Shown in pieces: positions 1-9,827 of a DNA stretch of 64,000 nucleotides (positions are counted from its first letter, which is position 1; the number at the start of each line of letters is the position of its first letter). Source of the DNA: an uncultured Gammaproteobacteria bacterium (GTDB taxonomy: Bacteria > Patescibacteriota > Microgenomatia > UBA8517); the NCBI GenBank assembly GCA_964583685.1, contig CAZOVJ010000001.1:132033-196032 (forward strand), written 5' to 3'. Under the pieces are notes generated by a model. The model did not search any database. It had not been told where the DNA came from and was given only the letters and a program-made list of their open reading frames with translations. Made by a program: the position numbers and the translations under genes.

Positions 1-902
1 AGGCCGATAGTGGTTCCAGTAGCCGGAAGATTCGGGCCGCCCAAGATTTTTAGAAGTTTATCATACCTACCTCCACCAGCGATTGAGCCAATTTTTGGTT
101 GGTCAACCGAGGATTCAAAAACAGGGCCAGTATAGTAGTCAAGTCCTCTAGCCAAGCGAGGGTCAAACTCCATATTTTGGACCCCCATTTTTTGGGCATA
201 TTTAATGGTCTTTTTAAGAAAATCATCTGGTTGGGCTTTATTTATTGCCGTAAAGATCTGTTTAATTTGCCCAGTTTTCAGCCCTTTTTTAGAAAGTTCC
301 TTTTCCACTTCCTCTTTAGCTTTCTTGTCGAGCTTGTCAATGGTTTGAATAACGCTTAGCCATTTATTTTTGGGAATTTTTACCTCCTCCATCAGGGAAA
401 AGAGTACCTGGCGGCTGTTGACTCTTATTTTGAAAGAGGAAAACTGAAGAGCCTTTATTGACTCATTGGTTATGCTGATTATCTCGGCGTCGGCTAAAGG
501 AGAAGCAGAACCAACAATATCAATATCACATTGATAAAATTCTCGATAACGGCCCTTTTGAGGCTTTTCTGCTCTCCAAACGGGTTGAATTTGATATCTT
601 CTAAGGGGTTTGGTCAGGTTTTGATTGCTAGCAATAACTCTGGTCAGAGGTACTGTCAAATCATATCTTAAACCCACAGACCTGTCTCCTGGGTCTTTGA
701 AGAGATAAATCAGTCTTTCAGCCTCTTTGCCATATTTACCCAAGAGAACTTCCTGATATTCCAAGGCAGGGGTTTGGAGTTCTTCAAAGCCGTATTTTTC
801 AAAAATGGTCCGTAATTTTCTGATGATTTCATTCCTGATAATCATCTTATTTGGAAGAAAATCCCGAAAACCCTTTAATGTTTGCAATTTTAGCTTATTC
901 AT
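1..902 (-). CDS. hisS: Histidine--tRNA ligase (3' end runs out of window)
   Basis: Manual translation from ATG 902: MNKLKLQTLKGFRDFLP...GLRYDLTVP...WRAEKPQKGRYREFYQCDIDIVG...GSIAGGGRYD (HisRS motifs). Absent from ORF track because no stop lies in the window. Confidence 0.95.
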   Translation of the reverse strand, partial: MNKLKLQTLKGFRDFLPNKMIIRNEIIRKLRTIFEKYGFEELQTPALEYQEVLLGKYGKEAERLIYLFKDPGDRSVGLRYDLTVPLTRVIASNQNLTKPLRRYQIQPVWRAEKPQKGRYREFYQCDIDIVGSASPLADAEIISITNESIKALQFSSFKIRVNSRQVLFSLMEEVKIPKNKWLSVIQTIDKLDKKAKEEVEKELSKKGLKTGQIKQIFTAINKAQPDDFLKKTIKYAQKMGVQNMEFDPRLARGLDYYTGPVFESSVDQPKIGSIAGGGRYDKLLKILGGPNLPATGTTIG

Positions 903-950
903 CTCCCTAATTTTATCTTTTCTCTAATTAAAAAACCAGCTGGAATTATT

Positions 951-1985
951 CTATATTTCGGGTTCTGGGGTGGGGCTTGCTTGAGAAGAAGTAAGGAGAA
1001 ATATTGTTCTTACTTCAAGTGTTTTATCATCACTAAGACCGACGCAAATAATTTTATCTTCCTCATTTAACTCATCCAGTTCTGGACCTACCCATTTTTT
1101 GCCAAATTCAAGTAGCCATTCTTCATCATTCTGAAGTTGTTTAACCTTCAGTTCTTTTATAGAAAGCTCAGTTATTCTTCCGTAAATTGCCTGGCGATTG
1201 GAGGGTTTGATTGGAGTAACAATAAGGGCTCTTTTACCTTCCAAGACATCATTTTCATTTTTAAAGCCCATAGCAATTATAAAATCTCCGATGGCAACAT
1301 CGGAAAACTCAATTTCCTTACTGGTTTCCGTAATTTTAAGGAAGGTTGTTTCTTCTTCATCAATTGAAATTTGTTGAATTTCACCCTTATCTATTTTCTC
1401 TTCATCAAGGGTAAATTTGTTGATTTGTATTGTTGATTCGCTGATCTCGGTCACTGTCCCGATATATGCTCTGGCTAATTTTCGTGCTTGCTCAACCTTT
1501 TCCTGAACCCTTTCACTAATCAATTCCGAGGGCCCGGTTGCTGTTTCTTGTTCTGGAGATTCTTCTTCAGAGCTTACGGCAAATTTTGTTGAATAAACAA
1601 TTAAGATAGTCTTCTCAGCCAGAGGACCTTTTTCGTCAAATGCGCTTATCTTAATTTCATTAACCCCGGCAAGAAGGTCAATTTCCAATTCAAATAATCC
1701 TTCATTATCGGCTTCTATTTTGTAATCACTTTTTTCTCCGGACACCACCACCGTTGTTTCGGGTTTGGTAATACCGGAAAGGACTGCGGGGGAGATGGTG
1801 ATAACCTCTCTGTTGTCAGGCTTGGCAATAGTTAAGCTGAATTCTGGAGCTGTTGGGGTTGGTGTTTGGGAAGTTTTTAATTCCTCCTTGGGTTTAAGGG
1901 CGAGGTTGGCTCGCCAAATACCAAAGGCAATGACAAGCCCCAAAAGGCTGCCGCTGATTATAGCAAATAATATTTCCTTACGCAT
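951..1985 (-). CDS. Membrane-anchored hypothetical protein with Ig-like domain
   Basis: N-terminal TM helix, TPTPT linker, Ig-like pattern (LSGITKP...GVNEIKISAFD), beta-rich C-terminal part. Confidence 0.7.
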   Translation of the reverse strand: MRKEILFAIISGSLLGLVIAFGIWRANLALKPKEELKTSQTPTPTAPEFSLTIAKPDNREVITISPAVLSGITKPETTVVVSGEKSDYKIEADNEGLFELEIDLLAGVNEIKISAFDEKGPLAEKTILIVYSTKFAVSSEEESPEQETATGPSELISERVQEKVEQARKLARAYIGTVTEISESTIQINKFTLDEEKIDKGEIQQISIDEEETTFLKITETSKEIEFSDVAIGDFIIAMGFKNENDVLEGKRALIVTPIKPSNRQAIYGRITELSIKELKVKQLQNDEEWLLEFGKKWVGPELDELNEEDKIICVGLSDDKTLEVRTIFLLTSSQASPTPEPEI

Positions 1986-2077
1986 ATAAGCCCGCTAGAG
2001 AGCAAACTGGCTAAATATATGAAATTGCCTGTCTCTTGTCAAGTTAGAGAACTTTTGTTAGGATGGGGACGGGCAAG

Positions 2078-2728
2078 ATGGAGATCACATTTTTAGGACA
2101 TTCCTCGTTTAAGATTAAAGGTAAAAACCTGGTTTTGGTTACTGACCCCTTTGACCCAGAAGCAGTTGGTTTTAAATTTCCCAAGGTTAAGGCAGAAATA
2201 GTAACGATTTCCCACGAGCACCAGGATCACAATCGGCAAGATTTGGTTGGCGGAGTAAAAAAGGTTATTTCCGGACCGGGAGAGTATGAAATTGCCGACA
2301 CTTCCATTATCGGATTTAGTTCCTTTCATGATTCGGTGCAGGGTAAAGAGAGAGGAAAGAATACCTTATATCTAATTGAGATGGATGATATTAGAATTGT
2401 TCATCTCGGAGACCTTGGCCATACTCTTGGTGAACAGAAAATAGCTCAGATTGGAGAAATTGATTTACTTATGTTACCGGTGGGGGGGGTTTACACTCTT
2501 GGACCAAAAGAGGCGGTGGAGATTGCTCGTTCCCTTAATCCCAAGATTATTTTACCCATGCACTATTGGATGGATGGTTTGAATCCTGAAGTATTTTCAA
2601 AATTGCTGCCAGTTGAAAATTTTCTTTCTCAAATGGGAGTCGAGGTCAAGAAACTGCCTAAATTGGTGATTAAGAAAGGTGAGCCTCTTAGCGAAGAACA
2701 GGTGATTGTTTTGTTAGAGAAAAAATAG
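2078..2728 (+). CDS. Metallo-beta-lactamase-fold hydrolase
   Basis: ITFLGHSSF, SHEHQDHN, HLGDLG and PMHY motifs; second ATG (MEITF) taken as start. Confidence 0.9.
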   Translation: MEITFLGHSSFKIKGKNLVLVTDPFDPEAVGFKFPKVKAEIVTISHEHQDHNRQDLVGGVKKVISGPGEYEIADTSIIGFSSFHDSVQGKERGKNTLYLIEMDDIRIVHLGDLGHTLGEQKIAQIGEIDLLMLPVGGVYTLGPKEAVEIARSLNPKIILPMHYWMDGLNPEVFSKLLPVENFLSQMGVEVKKLPKLVIKKGEPLSEEQVIVLLEKK

Positions 2729-2749
2729 TTTTCCCTGCCAGATTTTGTT

Positions 2750-4072
2750 ATGGCCGATTCATTGCAGACAAAGATTCCTCCTCATTCCCTGGAGGCCGAA
2801 ATTTCAGTTTTAGGAGCCCTTCTTTTAGATAAGGACGCTATAATTTCTGTTGCCGAGTTTTTGCAAGCATCGTGTTTTTATAATGAAAAGCACAAAGAGA
2901 TATACGAGTGCATTTTAGAACTCTATGAAGAAAGAATACCGGTAGATGTCCTAACAGTTTCTGAGCGTTTAAAAAAAAGAAGGTCTCTGAAGAAAATTGG
3001 AGGAGCTTCTTACTTAGCGGAATTGGTAAATAGGGTTCCGACCGCTGCTCATGTTGAGCACTATGGGAAGATAGTCAAAGATTCATCGACCAAACGATCT
3101 TTAATGTCCGCAGCCACAAGGCTGATGGATTTATCTTTTGATGAGAGTTTGGCAGCAGCTGAATTGCTTGATAAGGCGGAAACAGAAATTTTTTCCCTAA
3201 CTCAACAGCATATGCCCCAGACCTTTGCCCCGATTAAGACGGCTCTGGCCGATTCTTTTGACAGACTGGATGAATTGCACAAGCAGGGATCGGGATTAAG
3301 AGGCGTTTCGACTGGATTTAAGGATATAGATAATCTTCTGGCGGGAATGCAGCGATCGAATCTTTTGATTTTGGCGGCCAGGCCGGCTATGGGTAAAACT
3401 TCCTTGGCCCTGAATATTGCTCAACATCTAACTGTTAAAGAGAAACGTCCGGTTGGTTTTTTCTCCTTGGAAATGAGCAAAGAGGAATTGGTTGACAGAT
3501 TGTTGGTCAGTCAAGCAGATATTGATGCATGGAAGCTGAAGACAGGAAAGCTTAGTGAGGTTGATTTTACTAAACTCTCAAATGCCATGGGTGAACTAGC
3601 TGAGGCGCCGCTCTATATTGATGACACGCCGGCTCTTTCAATTTTGGAGATGAGAACAAAGGCACGCAGATTACAGATAGAATCGGAGGTTGAGCTTTTG
3701 ATTGTTGACTATCTCCAATTGGCAAGAAGTAGGCAATTGGAGAATAGAGTCCAGGAAGTATCTGAGATTTCCCAGGGTCTGAAGAATCTTGCTCGTGAAC
3801 TTAAGATTCCCGTGTTGGCTATTTCTCAGCTTTCTCGGGCCGTGGAGCAACGGGGTGTAAAAAGGCCTCAATTGGCAGACCTGAGAGAGAGTGGATCTAT
3901 TGAACAAGATGCGGACGTGGTGATGTTTTTGTGGAGAGAAAAGGAGGATAGTCTAGAAGAAATTTTTCTTGATGTATCCAAACACAGAAACGGCCCCCTT
4001 GGCCAGATTAAACTTTACTTTAAAGGAGAAAAAATTAAATTTTACGGCAAAGAAACCATGAGGAAAAAATAG
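2750..4072 (+). CDS. dnaB: Replicative DNA helicase
   Basis: PPHSLEAE, Walker A AARPAMGKT, IVDYLQL, LRESGSIEQDAD, KHRNGP. Confidence 0.98.
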   Translation: MADSLQTKIPPHSLEAEISVLGALLLDKDAIISVAEFLQASCFYNEKHKEIYECILELYEERIPVDVLTVSERLKKRRSLKKIGGASYLAELVNRVPTAAHVEHYGKIVKDSSTKRSLMSAATRLMDLSFDESLAAAELLDKAETEIFSLTQQHMPQTFAPIKTALADSFDRLDELHKQGSGLRGVSTGFKDIDNLLAGMQRSNLLILAARPAMGKTSLALNIAQHLTVKEKRPVGFFSLEMSKEELVDRLLVSQADIDAWKLKTGKLSEVDFTKLSNAMGELAEAPLYIDDTPALSILEMRTKARRLQIESEVELLIVDYLQLARSRQLENRVQEVSEISQGLKNLARELKIPVLAISQLSRAVEQRGVKRPQLADLRESGSIEQDADVVMFLWREKEDSLEEIFLDVSKHRNGPLGQIKLYFKGEKIKFYGKETMRKK

Positions 4073-4128
4073 CTTCTCTGTGCTCTATTTACGAACAACT
4101 TCGAACCTATTTTAAAAAGGTAGGCTCA

Positions 4129-4144
4129 CCCGCCTGACGGCGGG
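4129..4144. repeat. Palindromic REP-like element
   Basis: CCCGCC-TGAC-GGCGGG perfect hairpin downstream of dnaB; related GC-rich palindromes recur in the window. Confidence 0.6.
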
Positions 4145-4198
4145 TTCGCCACACTTCGGCACGGCTGACGTCGCGCTTAGCAAAAAGAATGGCTAAAT

Positions 4199-4636
4199 TT
4201 ATCTTTGCTGTTGCACCAACGGTGTAACTTTAATATTCTCGGCAGGAGCTTGAGCTAATCTATTCACCGCCTCACTTAAGACATCTGTTGGCATCTGCCA
4301 TTGTAAAGCCCTAAAATCAGACGAACGAACATTGCAATCTGTTCCTTTAACCCAAAAGGTATAAGGATCTCCGTGACCGTAATTTCCTTGATCTTCTAAA
4401 TCAAGAATTGCAGAATAAACATTATTGCGAAATCCAGTTCTTGGTTCAGATTGTGCTCAGATAACCGAAGGGGTTTTTAATGTCTTTGTTGGACGAGTTT
4501 TTATGGATTCGAGCACAACCAGTGAGGGCATTCGAGTTTTGTTCTTTAAAAATTTCCGCGTTTTTTCTTTAGACGAAAATCTCTTTTTGTGCCGGGTATA
4601 TTGCCAAAATCGAACTTTGTTTTAGCTTCAAAGCAT
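4199..4636 (-). pseudogene. Probable decayed gene
   Basis: Frame 4531-4199 reads MPSLVV...PSVI*AQSEPRTGFRNNVYSAILDLEDQGNYGHGDPYTFWVKG...QQQR* with one in-frame TGA (4457-4459); upstream TAGAAT then ATG 4636 is followed at once by a stop. Confidence 0.35.
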
Positions 4637-4772
4637 AGTATATTCTAATTACCTATAATATTCAAGATTTCTAAGGCTTCCCTTGACTTTAAGCACCCCC
4701 CCCTGCTAACTTGCTAACTATATACTGCCCGACTTAGATGTCGGGTTTTATTTTGAAAAGGGGGTGATAATT

Positions 4773-5093
4773 ATGCCAGAGCGAGTAGCTCAAAGATCTC
4801 TCCGCGAAGTGTTAGTTGAGAGGATGGAAGCTTTTCGAAGAGATCATCCGGATGAGGCAAAAGTACTAGACGGTGCTTTACTAGAGTATGGGACATCTAT
4901 TCCAGAAGAAGAGTGGGCGAAGCTTGATAATTTAGGGGATATTGTTGTAGCTCAGATTGAACATAGGGTAGAAGAGCACAGAGAAGAAGGGGATGAGATA
5001 AGTCCCGAGGATTTTATTGGCATGCTTTTTGCCCTAGCTTCAGATGGTAAAATAACAGCCGATAGGATAATGGAGAGATTACAAACTGGATAG
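4773..5093 (+). CDS. Hypothetical acidic helical protein
   Basis: SD-like AAGGGGGTGA before ATG 4773; own promoter candidate. Confidence 0.65.
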   Translation: MPERVAQRSLREVLVERMEAFRRDHPDEAKVLDGALLEYGTSIPEEEWAKLDNLGDIVVAQIEHRVEEHREEGDEISPEDFIGMLFALASDGKITADRIMERLQTG

Positions 5094-5117
5094 GGTCTTT
5101 CTTCTTCTGCATTTCTG

Positions 5118-5203
5118 TGCCGGGGGAGGGAGTCGAACCCTCACGGTATTTTCATACCACTGGTTTTTGAGACCAGCCTGTCTACCTTTTCCAGCACCCC
5201 GGC
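5118..5203 (-). tRNA. tRNA-Leu(CAA)
   Basis: Acceptor GCCGGGG/CCCCGGC-A, anticodon arm CTGGT-CTCAAAA-ACCAG, long variable arm, GGTTCGACTCC T-arm; CCA not encoded. Confidence 0.95.
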
Positions 5204-5301
5204 TCTTCTATATTTTACCAAATATGCATTCGAATTGAAAATTTATTATCATAAATAAGGGTGCCCACCCTTTTGGGGTCTAGCTTGTGTCAAAAAGAAG
5301 G

Positions 5302-5766
5302 TTAAGAGAAAATCCAGTAAAGGGCGGCGGCAAGAACGATAATTTGGGAGAGAATGCCGGGAAGAAAGGAGACATGTTTCTGAAGACTCCGGTGGAAGGT
5401 AATCCATTTTTTGAGAAATTCATTACCTCTCATGTTTAAGAAAAAATAAGGTGCTTCGATAAAGTCAGGGAGAACCGAGGCAAAAGAAGCAGCGATTATT
5501 ACCATTGCCCGATTCAGACTGGGAAGGGCGAGCGAGGCAATCAATAGGCCTAAGATAAGAGCCAAGGAGCTATCTAAGATAATAATTTTTGTGCTCTTTT
5601 TAGTTAGCTGGCCGAATTTTTTGGTTTCCTTATATATGTGTGGATTCCAATGGGGAATTTTATCGAGAACAAAATGACTGGCAAAAGCAAGAGGGATGGC
5701 TAAGAGGGGATTGGGAATTTTGGTTGCAATTGCCGCACCGACAGCTACATGGGGTAATTCCAGCAC
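5302..5766 (-). CDS. Membrane-bound metal-dependent hydrolase-like protein
   Basis: PH..., SHFVLDKIPHW, LPD and FH...Q motifs with TM helices. Confidence 0.7.
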   Translation of the reverse strand: MLELPHVAVGAAIATKIPNPLLAIPLAFASHFVLDKIPHWNPHIYKETKKFGQLTKKSTKIIILDSSLALILGLLIASLALPSLNRAMVIIAASFASVLPDFIEAPYFFLNMRGNEFLKKWITFHRSLQKHVSFLPGILSQIIVLAAALYWIFS

Positions 5767-5797
5767 AATAGAATTATGATATACTTGTCAAAGAATC

Positions 5798-6406
5798 ATG
5801 TCAACGCTTCTGGCTATAAGTTTTTCAATTTTGGGCTTTTTATTGTTTCTATTTTTTTATTGGAGACGACTTAAAGAAGATTACATTTCAGGCAAAGTTT
5901 TCTCAAGTGGTTTTTATATCGCAATAGGTGTTTTGCTGGGTATTGCTGGACTAAATTTCTTCACTAGTGGCCTATGGTTTTGGGGAGGTTTGCTTGGTTT
6001 TGGACTGGGTCTTTTCTTGAGTTTGTGGAGATTTAAACTAAGATTTTTTGAGACCCTGGAAGCAGCTGGTGTTGGAATGCTCTTTTGGCTTGGCGTGATT
6101 TTTGCGCTTGATGCTTTCGCTAATTCGAGTTTAAGCTCCCTGTATGCCTGTCTGGTTATTGGAGGTTTGATTTTTCTCTTCTTCTTTCTCGAGGCAAGAT
6201 ATAAAGATTTTTCTTGGTATAAATCTGGAAAGGTTGGTTTTTCAGGCTTGACTAGCTTGGGGTTTTTCTTTTTGATTCGTGCTTTTGTTGCCTTTTTTTT
6301 CCCCTTTGTGCTATCCTTTGTTGGCAAGATTGATGTAATTCTTTCAGCGATAATTGCCTTTGCTCTTTTTTTGGCAATCTATCATTTAGGACAACAAAAA
6401 ACATGA
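5798..6406 (+). CDS. Polytopic membrane protein (Lgt-like, degenerate)
   Basis: About 7 hydrophobic helices; WYKSGKVGF motif. Confidence 0.6.
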   Translation: MSTLLAISFSILGFLLFLFFYWRRLKEDYISGKVFSSGFYIAIGVLLGIAGLNFFTSGLWFWGGLLGFGLGLFLSLWRFKLRFFETLEAAGVGMLFWLGVIFALDAFANSSLSSLYACLVIGGLIFLFFFLEARYKDFSWYKSGKVGFSGLTSLGFFFLIRAFVAFFFPFVLSFVGKIDVILSAIIAFALFLAIYHLGQQKT

Positions 6407-6813
6407 GTAAGGATAAGAAAACAAAAGAAAAAAAGACAGTTCATTTTCCTGCCAAGTTGATTCAGCCAATTGGCTCTTTTTTAAGGACTCAGCTGAAAAA
6501 GCTTGAGAGAAATAAAAAGAAAATAGAAGCAGAGGACCCTTTTAAAGATGTTAGTCGGATAACCAATAATGCGGCGCCGGATGCTGATGCTGAAGAGCAA
6601 TTCGGTCACGCAAGAACCTCGGCCATTAAGGAGCAGTTGGAAAAAAAGATAATTCAAACCAAAAAGGCATTGACCAGGATTAAAATAGGTAAATACGGTA
6701 CTTGTGAGAAGTGTGGTTTGATGATTGATACCGAGCGCTTGATGGTTTATCCAGAGGCAACAGTTTGTGTGGAATGTGAAGATAAAGGCAATAAAAGTAA
6801 AAGTTCTGTTTGA
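6403..6813 (+). CDS. DksA/TraR C4 zinc-finger protein
   Basis: Coiled coil followed by YGTCEKCG...ERL...PEATVCVEC. Confidence 0.9.
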   Translation: MSKDKKTKEKKTVHFPAKLIQPIGSFLRTQLKKLERNKKKIEAEDPFKDVSRITNNAAPDADAEEQFGHARTSAIKEQLEKKIIQTKKALTRIKIGKYGTCEKCGLMIDTERLMVYPEATVCVECEDKGNKSKSSV

Positions 6814-7501
6814 AGACGACAGTCTTCTGGTAATCAATAAACCCTCGGGCTGGATAGTAAACAAGGCTAGAACAGCCAAGAGTCAACCAATAATTCAGGA
6901 ATGGATTAGAAAAAATTTCCAATTTCCAATTTCCAATTTCCCAAGACTGAGAAGCGGGATTGTTCACAGACTGGATAAAGAAACAAGTGGAGTATTACTG
7001 GTTGCCAAAACAAGGCAGGCTTTTACAAATCTGCAGCAGCAATTTAAAAGCCGTAAAATTAAGAAAACTTACATTGCTTTGGTTCATGGCAAGATAGAAC
7101 CCAAAGGGGGGATAATTAGTGTTCCTCTTGGCCGTCTACCTTGGAATAGAAAGCGTTTTGGCGTATTGCCGGGCGGTAGGAAGGCAGAAACCTCTTACAG
7201 AGTTATTAAATACTATAAATGTCAAGAGTCATTTTTTAGTTTGCTTAAACTTTTCCCGAAAACAGGTAGAACCCATCAAATTAGAGTTCATTTGAAATAT
7301 TTAGGTCATCCGATAGTTGGAGATGAGTTTTATGCGGGCAGAAAAACTGCCAGGCTAGATAGAGAATGGTGCCCCAGACTTTTTTTGCACGCCAGTCAGA
7401 TTAGTTTTACTCACCCTCTGACTAAAAAACAAATTACTTTTAAATCTCCCTTACCTTCTCGTCTCAAGGCTGCTTTGGTTTTTTTACCTGATTTAGTTTA
7501 A
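6767..7501 (+). CDS. RluA/RluD-family pseudouridine synthase (start uncertain)
   Basis: INKPSG, HRLDKETSG, TGRTHQIRVH, LFLHA. Confidence 0.93.
   Translation: MWNVKIKAIKVKVLFEDDSLLVINKPSGWIVNKARTAKSQPIIQEWIRKNFQFPISNFPRLRSGIVHRLDKETSGVLLVAKTRQAFTNLQQQFKSRKIKKTYIALVHGKIEPKGGIISVPLGRLPWNRKRFGVLPGGRKAETSYRVIKYYKCQESFFSLLKLFPKTGRTHQIRVHLKYLGHPIVGDEFYAGRKTARLDREWCPRLFLHASQISFTHPLTKKQITFKSPLPSRLKAALVFLPDLV
6914..6941 (+). repeat. Heptamer tandem repeat (AATTTCC)x4 inside RluA gene
   Basis: aatttcc x4, translated NFQFPISNF. Confidence 0.85.
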
Positions 7502-7510
7502 ACTATATTT

Positions 7511-8422
7511 GTGCCTGCCCGAAAAAAGAAATCAAGAATTGTTAAGAGAAAACCTTGGTTGTTTTTAATTATTCCCTTATCGCTTATCGCTTATTTTTTA
7601 TCTTTTGTCTTTTTTGGTCCCCATTTATGGGATGGGAAAAGTAGCTTGAGTTTGGCCATTAACACGCCAAAGGGAGATGTTCTCCTGGCAGTATTTGATC
7701 CAGCTAGAGATACAATTACCACCATTCTTCTTCCCAAAGATACTCAGGTGAATGTTTCCAGGCAGCTTGGCATTTGGCGCCTAGGTAGTGTTTGGAAACT
7801 GGCTGAAAATGAAAACTTGGATGGCCGTTTGCTGGCAGAAACAATTAGTAAGTCTTTTAAATTACCAATCGAAGCCTGGGCTGGAAAAGGAGCATTAGGC
7901 TTTAGCAAAGGAGATATACCTTCTCTATTGAAGAGCCTTTTTCTCCTTTATCAAACAAATCTAAAATTCAGAGACAAACTGGGCCTGACTTTTTTTAGCA
8001 TAAGGGTAAGAAGTTCTAATAAAATACAGCTTAATCCACTAAGACTTGGTTATTTGTTTGAGACAAAACTTAGCGATGCTCGTTTAGGATACAAGATTAG
8101 AGGGGATATGGGGCCGGAAATTAGTGCAGTTTTCACTGACAGTCAGGTTTCCCAGGAAGATTTGACGATTGCCATTGTTGATGCCAGTGGACAAAGGGGA
8201 ATCGCTGGACAGTTTGGAAAAATAATCGAAGTTTTAGGTGCCAAAGTAGTTTCGCTTCAAGTAGTGGATAAGGAAGATTTAGACTGCGAGGTTATTGGGT
8301 TAAAGTCTAAAACCGCAAGTAAAATTGCCAATATTTTTTCTTGCCAATATATTAAAAAGCTTCCAGAAAACAATTTTGATATCCAGGTAAATCTGGGCAA
8401 GCAGTTTGCTGAGCGTTTTTAG
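7511..8422 (+). CDS. LCP/LytR-C-like membrane-anchored protein
   Basis: N-terminal TM, ILLPKDT motif, C-terminal IVDASG...A...DIQVNLG. Confidence 0.65.
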   Translation: MPARKKKSRIVKRKPWLFLIIPLSLIAYFLSFVFFGPHLWDGKSSLSLAINTPKGDVLLAVFDPARDTITTILLPKDTQVNVSRQLGIWRLGSVWKLAENENLDGRLLAETISKSFKLPIEAWAGKGALGFSKGDIPSLLKSLFLLYQTNLKFRDKLGLTFFSIRVRSSNKIQLNPLRLGYLFETKLSDARLGYKIRGDMGPEISAVFTDSQVSQEDLTIAIVDASGQRGIAGQFGKIIEVLGAKVVSLQVVDKEDLDCEVIGLKSKTASKIANIFSCQYIKKLPENNFDIQVNLGKQFAERF

Positions 8423-8997
8423 TGATTGCCACCTTCGGTTTCCCTGATAAATATCAGGATACCTTGTTTGTCGGCGGATTTAATTAATGCTTGAAATTCG
8501 CTTCCCTGTTTAATTAATTTTCTGTAGTGAGCAGCCAAATCATCTGGCAATCTTCCGGTGTATTTTCCAGAATGAGTAAGAACAGAAACCCGATGTTGAT
8601 GGCAAGCAAGTTGTACTTCTTCTCCGGGGTCAAGCTGGGCAATTACCTGAGGAGCGCCAAGATGGATTAGTTTGACCATTTTGGTTTTTCCGGGTTCTTC
8701 AAGAAAAGCTTGGGCTGAAAGGGTAATTGTTTTCTGGGCTTCTTTAGATGGTATCTTCTTCCATTTTTCCAGAGATTTAATGGCAATCGTGTTCAGAGGG
8801 TCAATCTTCAAGGTTTTTTGGGTAGTATTTTTTGCTTTTTTAGTTTTGCCAAGTTCTGCATAGGCTCGAGCTGTTCTGTTTAGCGCATTTATGTCTTGAG
8901 GATTTTTCTTAAGAATTTCTAAATTTATTTTCAGAGCTTTTTCCCAGTTTCCAGCAAGAGCTGATGAAATTGCTTTTTGGGCAAGGTCTTGGTCCAT
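8419..8997 (-). CDS. TPR-repeat protein
   Basis: TPR helices (ALNRTARAY...KIDPLNTIA), FLEEPGKTK, GRLPDD; MDQDL taken as start. Confidence 0.8.
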   Translation of the reverse strand: MDQDLAQKAISSALAGNWEKALKINLEILKKNPQDINALNRTARAYAELGKTKKAKNTTQKTLKIDPLNTIAIKSLEKWKKIPSKEAQKTITLSAQAFLEEPGKTKMVKLIHLGAPQVIAQLDPGEEVQLACHQHRVSVLTHSGKYTGRLPDDLAAHYRKLIKQGSEFQALIKSADKQGILIFIRETEGGNH

Positions 8998-9093
8998 GTA
9001 ACTTTTTCGTTCTCTTGAGTATAGATGGGTAAAGAGAGTTGTCAAGACCCAGCAGAGCTGGTAATCGCAAATGGTATAATAGCTGGACAAGGT

Positions 9094-9825
9094 ATGTCAG
9101 GACATTCAAAGTGGTCAACAATTAAACATCAAAAGGGAGCAAAAGATATTGCCCGAGGTAAGCTTTTTTCCAAACTTTCCCGGGCTATTTCCGTTGCTAT
9201 AAAAACCGGAGGTGGTCCTAATCCCGATACCAACAGTAAACTTCGGGTGGCCATTGATGCTGGTAGGGCAGCAAACATGCCCAAAGTAAATATTGAACGG
9301 GCTATCTCAAAAGGAAGTAGAGGGGGAGAAGACTTGGAAGAAATTGTTTACCAAGGATTTGGTCCTGATGGAATTGCGGTTATGGTTGAAGTGGCAACCG
9401 ACAATCGCAATAGGACTGGACAGGAAATTAAAGGTATTTTTGAAAGGTCAGGGGGGAGGTTGGCTGGACCAGGTGCGGTTTCTTTTAATTTTGAACGTAA
9501 GGGACTAATTTTACTTAAAAAAGAAAAAGATGTAGATAATCAAATGCTACGACTTATTGATTTGGGAGTAGAGGATATGGAGGAGACAGAAGAGGATATT
9601 GAAGTTTATGTTGGGCCTAACCAGCTTTTAGCCATTCGAAAAAAAATTGAGGATTCAGGTTTTTCTGTTCAGGCCAGTGAGCAGGTAGAGAAGTCTAAGA
9701 ATTTTATAAGAGTGACGGATGTCAAAAAGGCGAAGAAGATTCTTTCTTTTCTCAATAGCCTTAATGAACATGAAGATGTTCAGAAAGTTTTTGCTAATGT
9801 CGATATACCCAATAATTTGGGTTAA
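9094..9825 (+). CDS. yebC: YebC/PmpR-family protein
   Basis: MSGHSKWSTIKH, TDNRNRT; TGGTATAAT just upstream. Confidence 0.96.
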   Translation: MSGHSKWSTIKHQKGAKDIARGKLFSKLSRAISVAIKTGGGPNPDTNSKLRVAIDAGRAANMPKVNIERAISKGSRGGEDLEEIVYQGFGPDGIAVMVEVATDNRNRTGQEIKGIFERSGGRLAGPGAVSFNFERKGLILLKKEKDVDNQMLRLIDLGVEDMEETEEDIEVYVGPNQLLAIRKKIEDSGFSVQASEQVEKSKNFIRVTDVKKAKKILSFLNSLNEHEDVQKVFANVDIPNNLG

Positions 9826-9827
9826 AG

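Noticed and set aside
2482-2488. G-run in the MBL hydrolase as a phase-variation tract
   Set aside because: In frame and encodes the conserved PVGG motif
4457-4459. UGA recoding (genetic code 25) suggested by an in-frame TGA
   Set aside because: Many core genes end in TGA with ATGA overlaps and long ORFs are intact under code 11
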